From a virus (Duplodnaviria > Heunggongvirae > Uroviricota > Caudoviricetes), in IMG/VR virus record IMGVR_UViG_2531839476_000009, positions 1 through 9,273 of that record: a DNA stretch of 9,273 bases, one strand, 5' to 3'. Positions 1 through 7,159 of this stretch are shown here, one piece after another. The notes below the pieces were generated by a model. The model was given only the letters and a program-made list of their open reading frames with translations, made no database searches and was not told the DNA's origin. Every line of letters starts with the position of its first letter. Within the stretch, counting starts at the first letter, position 1. Made by a program: the position numbers and the translations under genes.

Positions 1-1
1 A

Positions 2-571
2 ATGACCCCGAATTTTGCGACCACCATGACTAACGCGCTTGCGGGTAAGCAACCGAAGGATGCCACCCTGACGGCGCTGGCGGAGCTTGCTACATCAGCA
101 GATAAACTCCCATATTTTACAGGGGCAGATCGTGCCGCGTTAACCGCGTTGACAAGTGTTGGACGTGCCATTCTTGGTAAAACCAGCACTCAGGGAGTTC
201 TTGATTACCTTGGTTTGGGAGAAGCGGCGAAAAGGGATGTGGGCACAGGAGAAAATCAGATACCGGATATGTCAGCCTGGAAAAGAAATCCGAGTTCTAA
301 TCGCTGGAGAAAATTGCCTGATGGAACCATCATTCAAATGGGAATATCAGCATCAGGGCCATTAGGCTCACCTGTAAATATCACCCTGCCGATATCTTTC
401 AGCAATACCAATTATTGTGTTGTTGCATCGTACGATAATGCACGGTCAGGTGTGTCAACAATGGTTAGTTTTGCAGCGTTACCTGTTTCACCATCGCAAT
501 TTTCCCTGATGTCATCTGTGACTGAGCAAGGAATAAATCCTTTTGCTTACTGGATTGCTTTTGGAGATTAA
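2..571 (+). CDS. Tail fibre protein, C-terminal part (5' end lies upstream of the window); constant region up to about residue 72, then the currently expressed variable receptor-binding tip
   Basis: ORF open from the window start, stop TAA 569-571. The crossover site at 198-223 lies in frame inside it and encodes ...DYLGLGE.... It is directly followed by a tail-fibre assembly gene, the Mu S-U / P2 H-G arrangement. Confidence 0.85.
   Translation: MTPNFATTMTNALAGKQPKDATLTALAELATSADKLPYFTGADRAALTALTSVGRAILGKTSTQGVLDYLGLGEAAKRDVGTGENQIPDMSAWKRNPSSNRWRKLPDGTIIQMGISASGPLGSPVNITLPISFSNTNYCVVASYDNARSGVSTMVSFAALPVSPSQFSLMSSVTEQGINPFAYWIAFGD
198..223. repeat. Left crossover site for the serine DNA invertase (gix/pix/cix/hix-like, 26 bp)
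   Basis: ttcttgattaccttggtttgggagaa. Its inner half plus core forms a perfect 15-bp inverted repeat (210-224 ttggtttgggagaag) with 2062-2076. Imperfect dyad half-sites flank a central 2 bp, as in the Gin/Hin site family. Confidence 0.75.
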
Positions 572-574
572 TAA

Positions 575-994
575 ATGGATAGATACTTCTATTCACAAAA
601 AGAAAATGGTTTTTTTACCGATTTAAATAAAGCACCTTCAGATGCTGTTGAGATAACCACGGATGAATGGCTGTTACTACTGGATGGTCAGGATAATGGC
701 ATGAAAATAGTCAGCAATCAGGAGGGATATCCGGTTTTGACAGAGCAACCACCTTTATCAAAAGAAAACCTTATTGCATTGGCGGATTTGAAAAAAAGAA
801 AACTTATTAATGAAGCCAACGAGCACATGAACAGCAGACAATGGCCAGGTAAAGCGGCGATTGGTCGCCTGAAAGGTGAGGAACTGGCGCAATATAATTT
901 GTGGCTGGATTATCTGGACGCACTGGAACTGGTCGATACTTCCGGTGCGCCAGATATTGAATGGCCTACGCCTCCGGCAGTTCAGGCCAGATGA
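575..994 (+). CDS. Tail fibre assembly protein (chaperone for the + orientation fibre tip)
   Basis: ATG at 575, 4 nt after the fibre stop. C-terminal motif ...LWLDYLDALELVDTSGAPDIEWPTPP resembles the conserved Tfa C-terminus. Sits where Mu U / P2 G would be. Confidence 0.8.
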   Translation: MDRYFYSQKENGFFTDLNKAPSDAVEITTDEWLLLLDGQDNGMKIVSNQEGYPVLTEQPPLSKENLIALADLKKRKLINEANEHMNSRQWPGKAAIGRLKGEELAQYNLWLDYLDALELVDTSGAPDIEWPTPPAVQAR

Positions 995-1571
995 CGTCCG
1001 GCGCTGTGCTGGTATCTGTTGCCGTCACCGCGTCAATGTAATCCAGCACAGCGTTAAGTCGGGGGTTTTCTGTCTGCATCAGCTTCCGCCCGGCCTGCAA
1101 TTTCAGTTGAATCAGACTAATGGAAGCCATTGCAGTATCAATCAGTGACTGACGCTGTGCTTCTGCCGCGCCTACTGCGGCGCTATGCTGTGCCTCAGTA
1201 TCTGTCACCCATTTCTCACCATCCCATTCATCGTATGGCGTTAACGGGGCGATAGTGGTTGTATTTTCAGGATAATCACCCGGAGCTGTGATTTCTTTCG
1301 ATTCTCCTGTTTCGGTGCTATAGATGATTTCACCGCGATGGTCTGGCACATATTCCCATGAGTTAAAATCTGCAGAACGGCAGATTGCATAACCAGCTTT
1401 ATGTGTAACTGGTGCATCTAAACAAGAACATGCCGGGATACCGACGCCGACAGCGAGATATTCAGTTGATGTAGAAATATATTCCCGCGTTTCACCATCA
1501 TAATTATAAACGGTAATATCTCCCGCTTTTATGGCAATGAGTTCGCTATTTAATACAGCTTTATTCATCAT
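966..1571 (-). CDS. Tail fibre assembly protein (alternative, for the - orientation fibre tip)
   Basis: N-terminus MMNKAVLNSELIAIKAGDITVYNYDGETREY... and C-terminus ...LNAVLDYIDAV...APDVIWPELP are typical of enterobacterial Tfa/gpG-family proteins. Start overlaps the upstream fibre stop (ATGA). Confidence 0.85.
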   Translation of the reverse strand: MMNKAVLNSELIAIKAGDITVYNYDGETREYISTSTEYLAVGVGIPACSCLDAPVTHKAGYAICRSADFNSWEYVPDHRGEIIYSTETGESKEITAPGDYPENTTTIAPLTPYDEWDGEKWVTDTEAQHSAAVGAAEAQRQSLIDTAMASISLIQLKLQAGRKLMQTENPRLNAVLDYIDAVTATDTSTAPDVIWPELPEA

Positions 1572-2088
1572 GCGGCCCTTACAATATAATTAAAAGCGAT
1601 GTTACGAGGACGAGTTTCTGTACCTACATTTTCACTAATTTCACCATAACGTTTAACACTACGAGAGCTAATAGCTCGTAGTGAGGAAGGCACATTAAGA
1701 CCGGGTTCGTCCGTTTTAACTATTCCCCCGTCACCGTATGTAGCCAGTATTCCTGGGTTTACTCCTTCCCGTGCACTTCCTGCGGCGAGTCCGTCCCCTG
1801 TCCATAATTCCATATAGTGTGCATGGTCCAAAATTGTGTGTGGCTGCCAATTAAGCAAAGCGCGACCAGTATCAATCCCGCGACCGTCATCCCAGCCACG
1901 AATAAATTCACCGCGTAAATCAGGCAATTTATTGGTCGGGTAAGCCTTTGCCAGTTCCGGGTATTCTTCAGCAGAAAAAGCCGCACCATTGCATTTCAGC
2001 CAGCCTGTTGGCGGAGTGGCTGAAGGCCACGGAACAGGCACCCCAACCGGTAATGCAGAGCCTTCTCCCAAACCAACGTTTAAGAAAA
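1568..2088 (-). CDS. Alternative tail-fibre variable C-terminal cassette (promoterless here; would fuse to the constant fibre region after inversion)
   Basis: Reading frame runs through the right crossover site and encodes the same LGLGE junction as the expressed fibre. Contains a tail-collar-like motif (PVGVPVPWPSATPPTGWLKCNGAAFSAEEYPELAKAYP). The ATG at 2116 in the ORF track is unlikely to be a real start. Confidence 0.8.
2063..2088. repeat. Right crossover site for the serine DNA invertase (26 bp)
   Basis: ttctcccaaaccaacgtttaagaaaa, 14/14 identical to the reverse complement of the inner half plus core of the left site. Lies 55 bp upstream of the invertase ATG. Confidence 0.75.
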
Positions 2089-2143
2089 TGCAGAGATTAC
2101 GGCTAACTGGCATCATCCCCGGTTTTTATTCAGGGGATCCATC

Positions 2144-2743
2144 ATGCTTATTGGCTATGTCCGCGTATCAACAAATGACCAGAATACAGAATTGCAGCGT
2201 AACGCGCTGGAGTGCGCAGGATGTGAACTAATTTTTGAAGATAAAATCAGCGGAACGAAATCAGCCAGACCGGGATTGAAAAAACTGATCAGAACGCTAT
2301 CAGAAGGAGATACGCTGGTTGTCTGGAAGCTGGACAGACTGGGCAGAAGTATGAAACACCTGATCACGCTTATTGAGGAATTGCGGGAAAAAGGTGTTAA
2401 TTTCCGTAGTCTGACGGACAGCATTGACACATCAACACCCATGGGGCGTTTCTTTTTTCACGTCATGGGGGCTTTAGCCGAAATGGAACGTGAATTAATT
2501 GTAGAGCGTACACTGGCCGGGCTGGCAGCAGCACGCGCACAAGGACGCATTGGCGGACGTCGCCCGAAGTTGACAAAAGAACAACACGAGCAAATAGCGA
2601 GGTTGATTAAAAACGGTCATGACAGGAAACAACTGGCGATCATTTACGACATCGGCATATCGACGATTTATCGTTATCACCCTGTAGGCGATATACAGGC
2701 TGAAGAAACAACCAGGCAGACTCAGGAAAATGAAAACCGCTAA
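2144..2743 (+). CDS. Site-specific DNA invertase, serine recombinase of the Gin/Pin/Cin/Hin family
   Basis: N-terminus MLIGYVRVSTNDQN... with catalytic-serine motif, ...VVWKLDRLGRS..., ...GRFFFHVMGALAEMERELI...RIGGRRPKLT... and a C-terminal helix-turn-helix region. SD aggggat lies upstream of the ATG. Very close to Gin/Pin as I recall them. Confidence 0.95.
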   Translation: MLIGYVRVSTNDQNTELQRNALECAGCELIFEDKISGTKSARPGLKKLIRTLSEGDTLVVWKLDRLGRSMKHLITLIEELREKGVNFRSLTDSIDTSTPMGRFFFHVMGALAEMERELIVERTLAGLAAARAQGRIGGRRPKLTKEQHEQIARLIKNGHDRKQLAIIYDIGISTIYRYHPVGDIQAEETTRQTQENENR

Positions 2744-2762
2744 TCTGACCATTAGCGGTTTT
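2733..2762. terminator. Probable bidirectional rho-independent terminator between the convergent invertase and gpU genes
   Basis: Perfect 12-bp stem aaaaccgctaat / attagcggtttt with a 6-nt loop. It overlaps the invertase stop codon and has T-rich flanks on both strands. Confidence 0.6.
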
Positions 2763-2769
2763 GCGTTAA

Positions 2770-3264
2770 TCAAAACAGCCCTTTAACGGAGCTGGCCGCG
2801 CTGTTAAGGGATGATGTGACCTTATCTTTGAAGCCGGACAGCATATCACTGAACGATGAGGATTGCAGGCGCTCCCGCAAATCCTCATCACAGCGTTCAA
2901 GGGTCAGTGAAAATTCTATCTTTTTCGCCTTACCGTAGCGATCAAACTCGGAACGGGTCGTATTCGTTCCAGTCAGGACATACATGCCGTAAATCTGCCC
3001 GACGCCATCAATCAAAGGCCAGGGTCGTCCTGTATAAGCCTGCGTGGTCAGCAGCGACAGCGACACTTCGCCACCTGTAATTTCAGGATAAAGCACACCA
3101 GAAAGAACGATGCGATCATCACCTGCACCGATATACTGCCAGCTTGCTGAACGGTTAATGCGTTCATTTTTCACATGCCGCCAGCTTTTGTTTTGCTGTA
3201 ACTGCTGATGCGGCAGCGTGCGCAGCTCAAAAACAAACATGCCGTAGATCATCATCATGGCCAT
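2770..3264 (-). CDS. Tail protein gpU-like
   Basis: 164 aa. N-terminus ...MMMIYGMFVFELRTLPHQQLQ...SWRH... and ...IEFSLTLER... resemble P2 gpU. Lies immediately downstream of the tape-measure gene. Confidence 0.9.
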   Translation of the reverse strand: MAMMMIYGMFVFELRTLPHQQLQQNKSWRHVKNERINRSASWQYIGAGDDRIVLSGVLYPEITGGEVSLSLLTTQAYTGRPWPLIDGVGQIYGMYVLTGTNTTRSEFDRYGKAKKIEFSLTLERCDEDLRERLQSSSFSDMLSGFKDKVTSSLNSAASSVKGLF

Positions 3265-3270
3265 GACTCC

Positions 3271-6086
3271 TCAATCTTTATCGTAAAAACTGCCACGCCC
3301 GGCACGGGCGCGCCGTTCCATTTCTGCCCTGACCATTTCACCGACCAGTTTCGCCAGTTCGCGGGGATTCTGCGTAACAACGTTATGCAGATGAACATGA
3401 ATTTCACCACCAAATTCGGAGGCAACAGGCTCCCGGTTACGGGAAGTTACAGGAACTGATGCCACTGGAGATCGTATAGCCTCCGCCACCGGGCGGGAGC
3501 TGGCCGCAACAACAGTGACCAGCGCCGGAGGCAGCGGAGCCGGGACCACGGGTGTGATATTAATTGCGGGGGCAGGCTTACTGACCTGCGCAATCTTCCG
3601 CTCCTGCCACTCCCCACGAACAGCAAGTGCGCGGGGCAGGTTCTTAAAGACAATATCGCCGGGGCCAATGCGTTTTTTCGTCTCATCAACCAGCTTACCT
3701 GTGTTATCAGCAATTTTGCTGAGTCTGCGTAGCGTCCCGGTATTGCTGTCTGTGAGCGGTTTGTTGTCTTTGGGTTTATCACCTCCGGTGCCATTGCCAT
3801 TTTCCACAGGCTTCGGCGGATTGATTTTCGCAAGGTCCCCCTGAAGCAAGGCAACCTTGTCCTGAAGAATGGCCGCACGCTGTGCGTCTTCGATTTTCTT
3901 GCGCGCCTTTTCCGCTTCATCCGGAAGGACGCCAAGTTTTTCAAGTATCCACGCCAGCGTATCCAGTAGCATTTTTGCAGGTGTCAGAACAAGCTGTAAC
4001 GCACCGCCAAGAACGTTACCGAATATCTCGCCAGCACTGGTACATTTATCCAGCGTTTCCTTGCTGGACTCCATCGGTGACAGCAGCGATTTAAACCAGT
4101 TAAACACCTGGCTGATCCCGCTTCCGATTGCGTCAAAAACAGGACCAAACCGTTCAAAGGTTTCGCGCAACGGGGTCAGCCTTTCCATAATCCCGCTGAA
4201 CACCCCGGCAAAAATGCCCTGATGGGATCCCAGTATTTCCAGATAAGAACGGCAGCTCCGGCAAGCGCAGCCACGATAAGACCAACCGGACTGAACAGCG
4301 CCCCGATAGCGCCTCCCAGTAAAGAAACGGAACCCGTCACCATTCCCCATAGTGCTGGCAGGACCCTGACAGCATTCATTGATCCGGTCAGGAGAGAAAA
4401 ACCAAGACGCAGTTTTGCCAGCGGACCAGCAAGCACACCAATAGCCAGCGACAACGAGCCAACCGTTGCAGTCATTGCCAGCAACGCACCGCCTGCTATC
4501 AGTAGCTGGCGCGTCAGTGCCGGATGGGCCTGCGCCAGCGCCGTCACCCTTGATACCACCCGCGCGAGCCACTGCGTGACAGAACGCAGCGGACCGTCAA
4601 TCAGATCTGCAATGCGGATGCGCAACCCTTCCCATGCACTGCCGAGTGATTTCAGATCGCCGTCAAGGTTGTTGGCCATAACCTTTGCTGTGCGTTCAGC
4701 CTCACCGCGCGCGCCTTCAAGTTCTTTTCTCAGTTTGGGTAAGGAACCGTCACCCGCTGCATCAACGAGCGCCATAAACGATGTGAAAGCCTCTTCTCCG
4801 GCAATGTCCTTAAAGAACGATACCCGGTCAACTTCCCCGTATTTGCGGGTGGCTTTATAAAGGTCGGCCAGCACATCCTCCATCGGGCGCATTTTGCCCC
4901 CGGCATCCGAGACGGACACGCCCAGCTCTTTCAGAGCTTCTGCCGCCGCCTTTGGCGGTGATGCCAGACGAGCCAGGCTGGCACGCATTGCCGTCCCGGC
5001 ATCACTCCCTCTGATGCCCATATTCGCCAGCACGCCAGCCATCGCTGCGGCCTGCTCCAGCGATATTCCCAGCTTACCCGCCACCGGACCTGCATATTTC
5101 ATGGTTTCGCCCAGTGCGCGAAGGTCAGTGTTGGTACGGGTAAACGCTGCGGTGAGTGTGTCACCGACCCGGTCCATCTGGTCAGCAGAAAGGCCGAACT
5201 GCGTCAGGATATTTGAGCCAATATCCGCCGTCTCGCCGAGATCCATGCCGCCAGCCGTTGCCATGCTCAGCACGCCCGGAAGCGCAGCCTGAATGGCCTG
5301 CGGTGTGAAGCCAGCCATTGCAAGAAATGCCTGCCCACTGGCGGCATCGCCTGCGGTGAACTGCGTTTCAGAGCCAAGTTTTAACGCCTGCTCACGCAGC
5401 GCCTTAAACTGCGGGCTGTTCTGGTCGATTCGCGTCAGTGCCTGAACGCGGGACATCTCTTTCCCGAACCCGATCGCAGGCTGCAAAAAACGCCCGGCAG
5501 CATAGCCGCCAGCCGCTGCCGCACCAATTGCCAGCGCACCACCTGTTTTCAGTTTTCCCGCGGTTTCCTGCGCGCGCGAATACCGCTCACGCGCCCGCGT
5601 TACACGCGCAAGCGCCTGCCGTTCGCGTTCAAGCTGGTTGTTGTACTGTTCGGTGCGTCTGATGGCCTGCTGGATGGTGTTATCGCTGCCTGTCAGGGAA
5701 ATGCCGTGGCGTTTCAGCTCTCCGCCAAGCTCCCGCATTTTCTGAATTTCCCGTGTACGCGATTCATTCAGGCGTTCAAGCCGGGTGCTTAACTGCTGCA
5801 TCAGCTTTTGTTGTTTTTCGCTGAGCACTGTACCCGTGCGTTGTAACTGATTAAGGGCGTTAAGCTGGCGTCGTGCTTTCACGACGCCAGCATCCGCTTT
5901 ACTGACAGCGTCGCGGGCGCGCTCAAATGATCGCGCCTGACGCTCGAGATTTTTGATCGCCCCCTGCGTTCGCTGGATGGAGTCACCAAACTGCCCCATC
6001 AGGCGGCGGGCGTTTTCGGCAGGTCGGGTCAGCCTGTCAACGGCGCTGAAAGCGACCCGGATATCAAGAGTCTTCATTGTCTGCAT
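3271..6086 (-). CDS. Tail tape measure protein (gpT-like); reading frame interrupted by a 1-nt frameshift near 4210-4214
   Basis: Two overlapping ORFs (4176-6113 and 3271-4572) in different frames. Both carry tape-measure-like sequence; the upstream piece ends in a hydrophobic segment and the downstream frame only reads sensibly from about 4200. Start is probably the ATG at 6086 or 6077, overlapping the E' stop; the track start at 6113 is a GTG. Confidence 0.85.
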
Positions 6087-6593
6087 TCCCGCTGCGAAGT
6101 GCCGCCCGCTCACGCCAGCTAACCACTTCGCCGGGCGTCATCATGAAGATTTCGGCGGGCGACCAGTTAAAAATGGCGGCAATATCCGCCACAAAGTCTT
6201 CTATGTGCTCAAAGCACACAACCGTGATCAGGCTTCCGTCGCCTGTTCGTTCTTCCCGCCAGAGTCCGCACCGCTCAAAAAATTTACGGCAACCACACAT
6301 AACTGAATAAAGTCACGGGATGCCATTTTTTTGATCGTCACTTCATCCAGTCGCGGTGATGTCACGCGTGACAGCAGCGTAAACATGGATTCCGCTTTCA
6401 GATTCAGCACATCAGACAGCGACAAATCTCGCAGAGATCCAGCCTGCTCAATAGCCCCGGTGATCTCCACATACGTGATTTTTTCGCCGCCTCGCTCAAT
6501 GGGTTGGGTAAGTTTTACGCCACGCTCACTGGTTTCTTTCACAGTGTCAGTAACTACCGTGTTTTCGGTATCGATGTTTTTCGTCTCTTTCAT
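6064..6593 (-). CDS. gpE+E' tail assembly chaperone fusion produced by programmed -1 ribosomal frameshift (about 176 aa)
   Basis: E ORF (6228-6593) and E' ORF (6064-6300) overlap with E' in the -1 frame. The slippery heptamer T TTT TTG sits in the zero frame inside the overlap. Position is immediately upstream of the tape-measure gene, as for P2 E/E' and lambda G/GT. Confidence 0.7.
6228..6593 (-). CDS. gpE-like tail assembly chaperone (non-frameshifted product)
   Basis: 121-aa ORF with SD aaggag 8 nt upstream of the ATG, located between the tube and tape-measure genes. Confidence 0.85.
   Translation of the reverse strand: MKETKNIDTENTVVTDTVKETSERGVKLTQPIERGGEKITYVEITGAIEQAGSLRDLSLSDVLNLKAESMFTLLSRVTSPRLDEVTIKKMASRDFIQLCVVAVNFLSGADSGGKNEQATEA
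6276..6282 (-). promoter_or_regulatory. Slippery heptamer T TTT TTG for the E/E' -1 frameshift
   Basis: Minus-strand sequence aaT TTT TTG agc read in the E frame as N-F-L-S; after a -1 slip the E' frame reads F-F-E-R-C-G-L. Confidence 0.7.
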
Positions 6594-6614
6594 CAGGAAA
6601 CTCCTTTCAGTCAG

Positions 6615-6635
6615 AGGCGACGCACTGCGTCGCCT
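6615..6635 (-). other. Intercistronic hairpin between tube and gpE genes (possible mRNA-stability or attenuator element)
   Basis: aggcgacgc-act-gcgtcgcct, a 9-bp perfect stem with no following U-tract on the coding strand. Confidence 0.35.
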
Positions 6636-6647
6636 GCATATTACTTA

Positions 6648-7159
6648 TCAGCCAAGCCCAAGCGCGGAACGGATGCGATCGGGCACAATGTCCTTGCCGT
6701 CCTTCCGGTAGATGTGGTTCAACAGGTCGATTTCCCACAGCGGGCGATCGTTAACGCTCAGCTTGTAGTAGGTGTTTTTGACAGCGTAAGTGTGTGATGT
6801 GGCTTCGCCCTGTTTGGCTTCCCCCATATCAATTTCCGTCACACGCCCGCGCATCTCGATTTCATACAGATCGCTTTCTGCATCGGTGTAGTATTCACCC
6901 GCAAAACGCAGCAGCGTGCCGTCAATCGTGCCGCCATACTTAAGGAACAGCTCACGAACTGCGCCCCCCATGACAAAGCTCGCATCAAGCGCGGAGTCAT
7001 CCAGGCCGAGATCAATACTTACCGCTCCCATCATGCCACACCCCGGTAGCTGTCGGTTTTGCGCGTCAGCTTAGGCAAAGTGACGGACGTCACCTTACCC
7101 ACTTCGTTTTCACCATCCACAAACAGCGTAAAAAAGCGAAGATGTTTTGGCACAGCCAT
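6648..7159 (-). CDS. Tail tube protein (FII-like); reading frame interrupted by a 1-nt frameshift near 7038-7045
   Basis: The 128-aa ORF (6648-7034) contains ...DLGLDD...LRFAG...EIEMRGR..EIDMGEAKQGE..., resembling P2 FII but without its N-terminus. The missing N-terminus (MAVPKHLRFFTLFVDGENEVGKVTSVTLPKLTRKTDSYRG) is encoded in another frame, starting at an ATG at 7159-7157 that overlaps the sheath stop (TGATG). Confidence 0.85.

Larger units (their letters stand above)
198..2088. mobile_element. Invertible tail-fibre segment (G-segment-like host-range switch), about 1.9 kb
   Basis: Bounded by inverted crossover sites. Contains variable tip (+), tfa (+), tfa' (-) and alternative variable tip (-) in the S-U-U'-S' arrangement of Mu/P1/e14, with the invertase gene immediately outside. 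Confidence 0.8.

Noticed and set aside
2089-2116. ATG at 2116 as an independent start for the minus-strand fibre cassette
   Set aside because: The cassette is a promoterless variable segment whose reading frame enters through the crossover site; codons upstream of the site are outside the invertible segment.
156-2773. Small ORFs in the fibre/invertase region (156-365 +, 876-1148 +, 1759-1989 -, 1989-2231 +, 2155-2442 -, 2495-2773 -)
   Set aside because: They overlap the well-supported fibre, tfa and invertase frames, or span the crossover site, and have no homology signal or RBS.
2856-3459. ORFs 2856-3080 + and 3208-3459 + antisense to gpU and the tape-measure 3' end
   Set aside because: Antisense to confidently identified genes; no start context.
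3447-6310. Many ORFs in alternative frames or antisense to the tape-measure gene (3447-3944, 3515-3844, 3869-4222, 3882-4094, 4222-4860, 4894-5292, 5438-5662, 5953-6306, 6077-6310)
   Set aside because: They lie inside a GC-rich gene with strong tape-measure-like sequence on the minus strand. Their translations are low-complexity and rich in Ala/Arg/Ser/Pro, as expected for open frames in GC-rich DNA, and none has a credible RBS.
6331-6797. ORFs 6331-6711 + and 6504-6797 + antisense to gpE and tube
   Set aside because: Antisense to confidently identified genes; Ser/Arg-rich junk translations.
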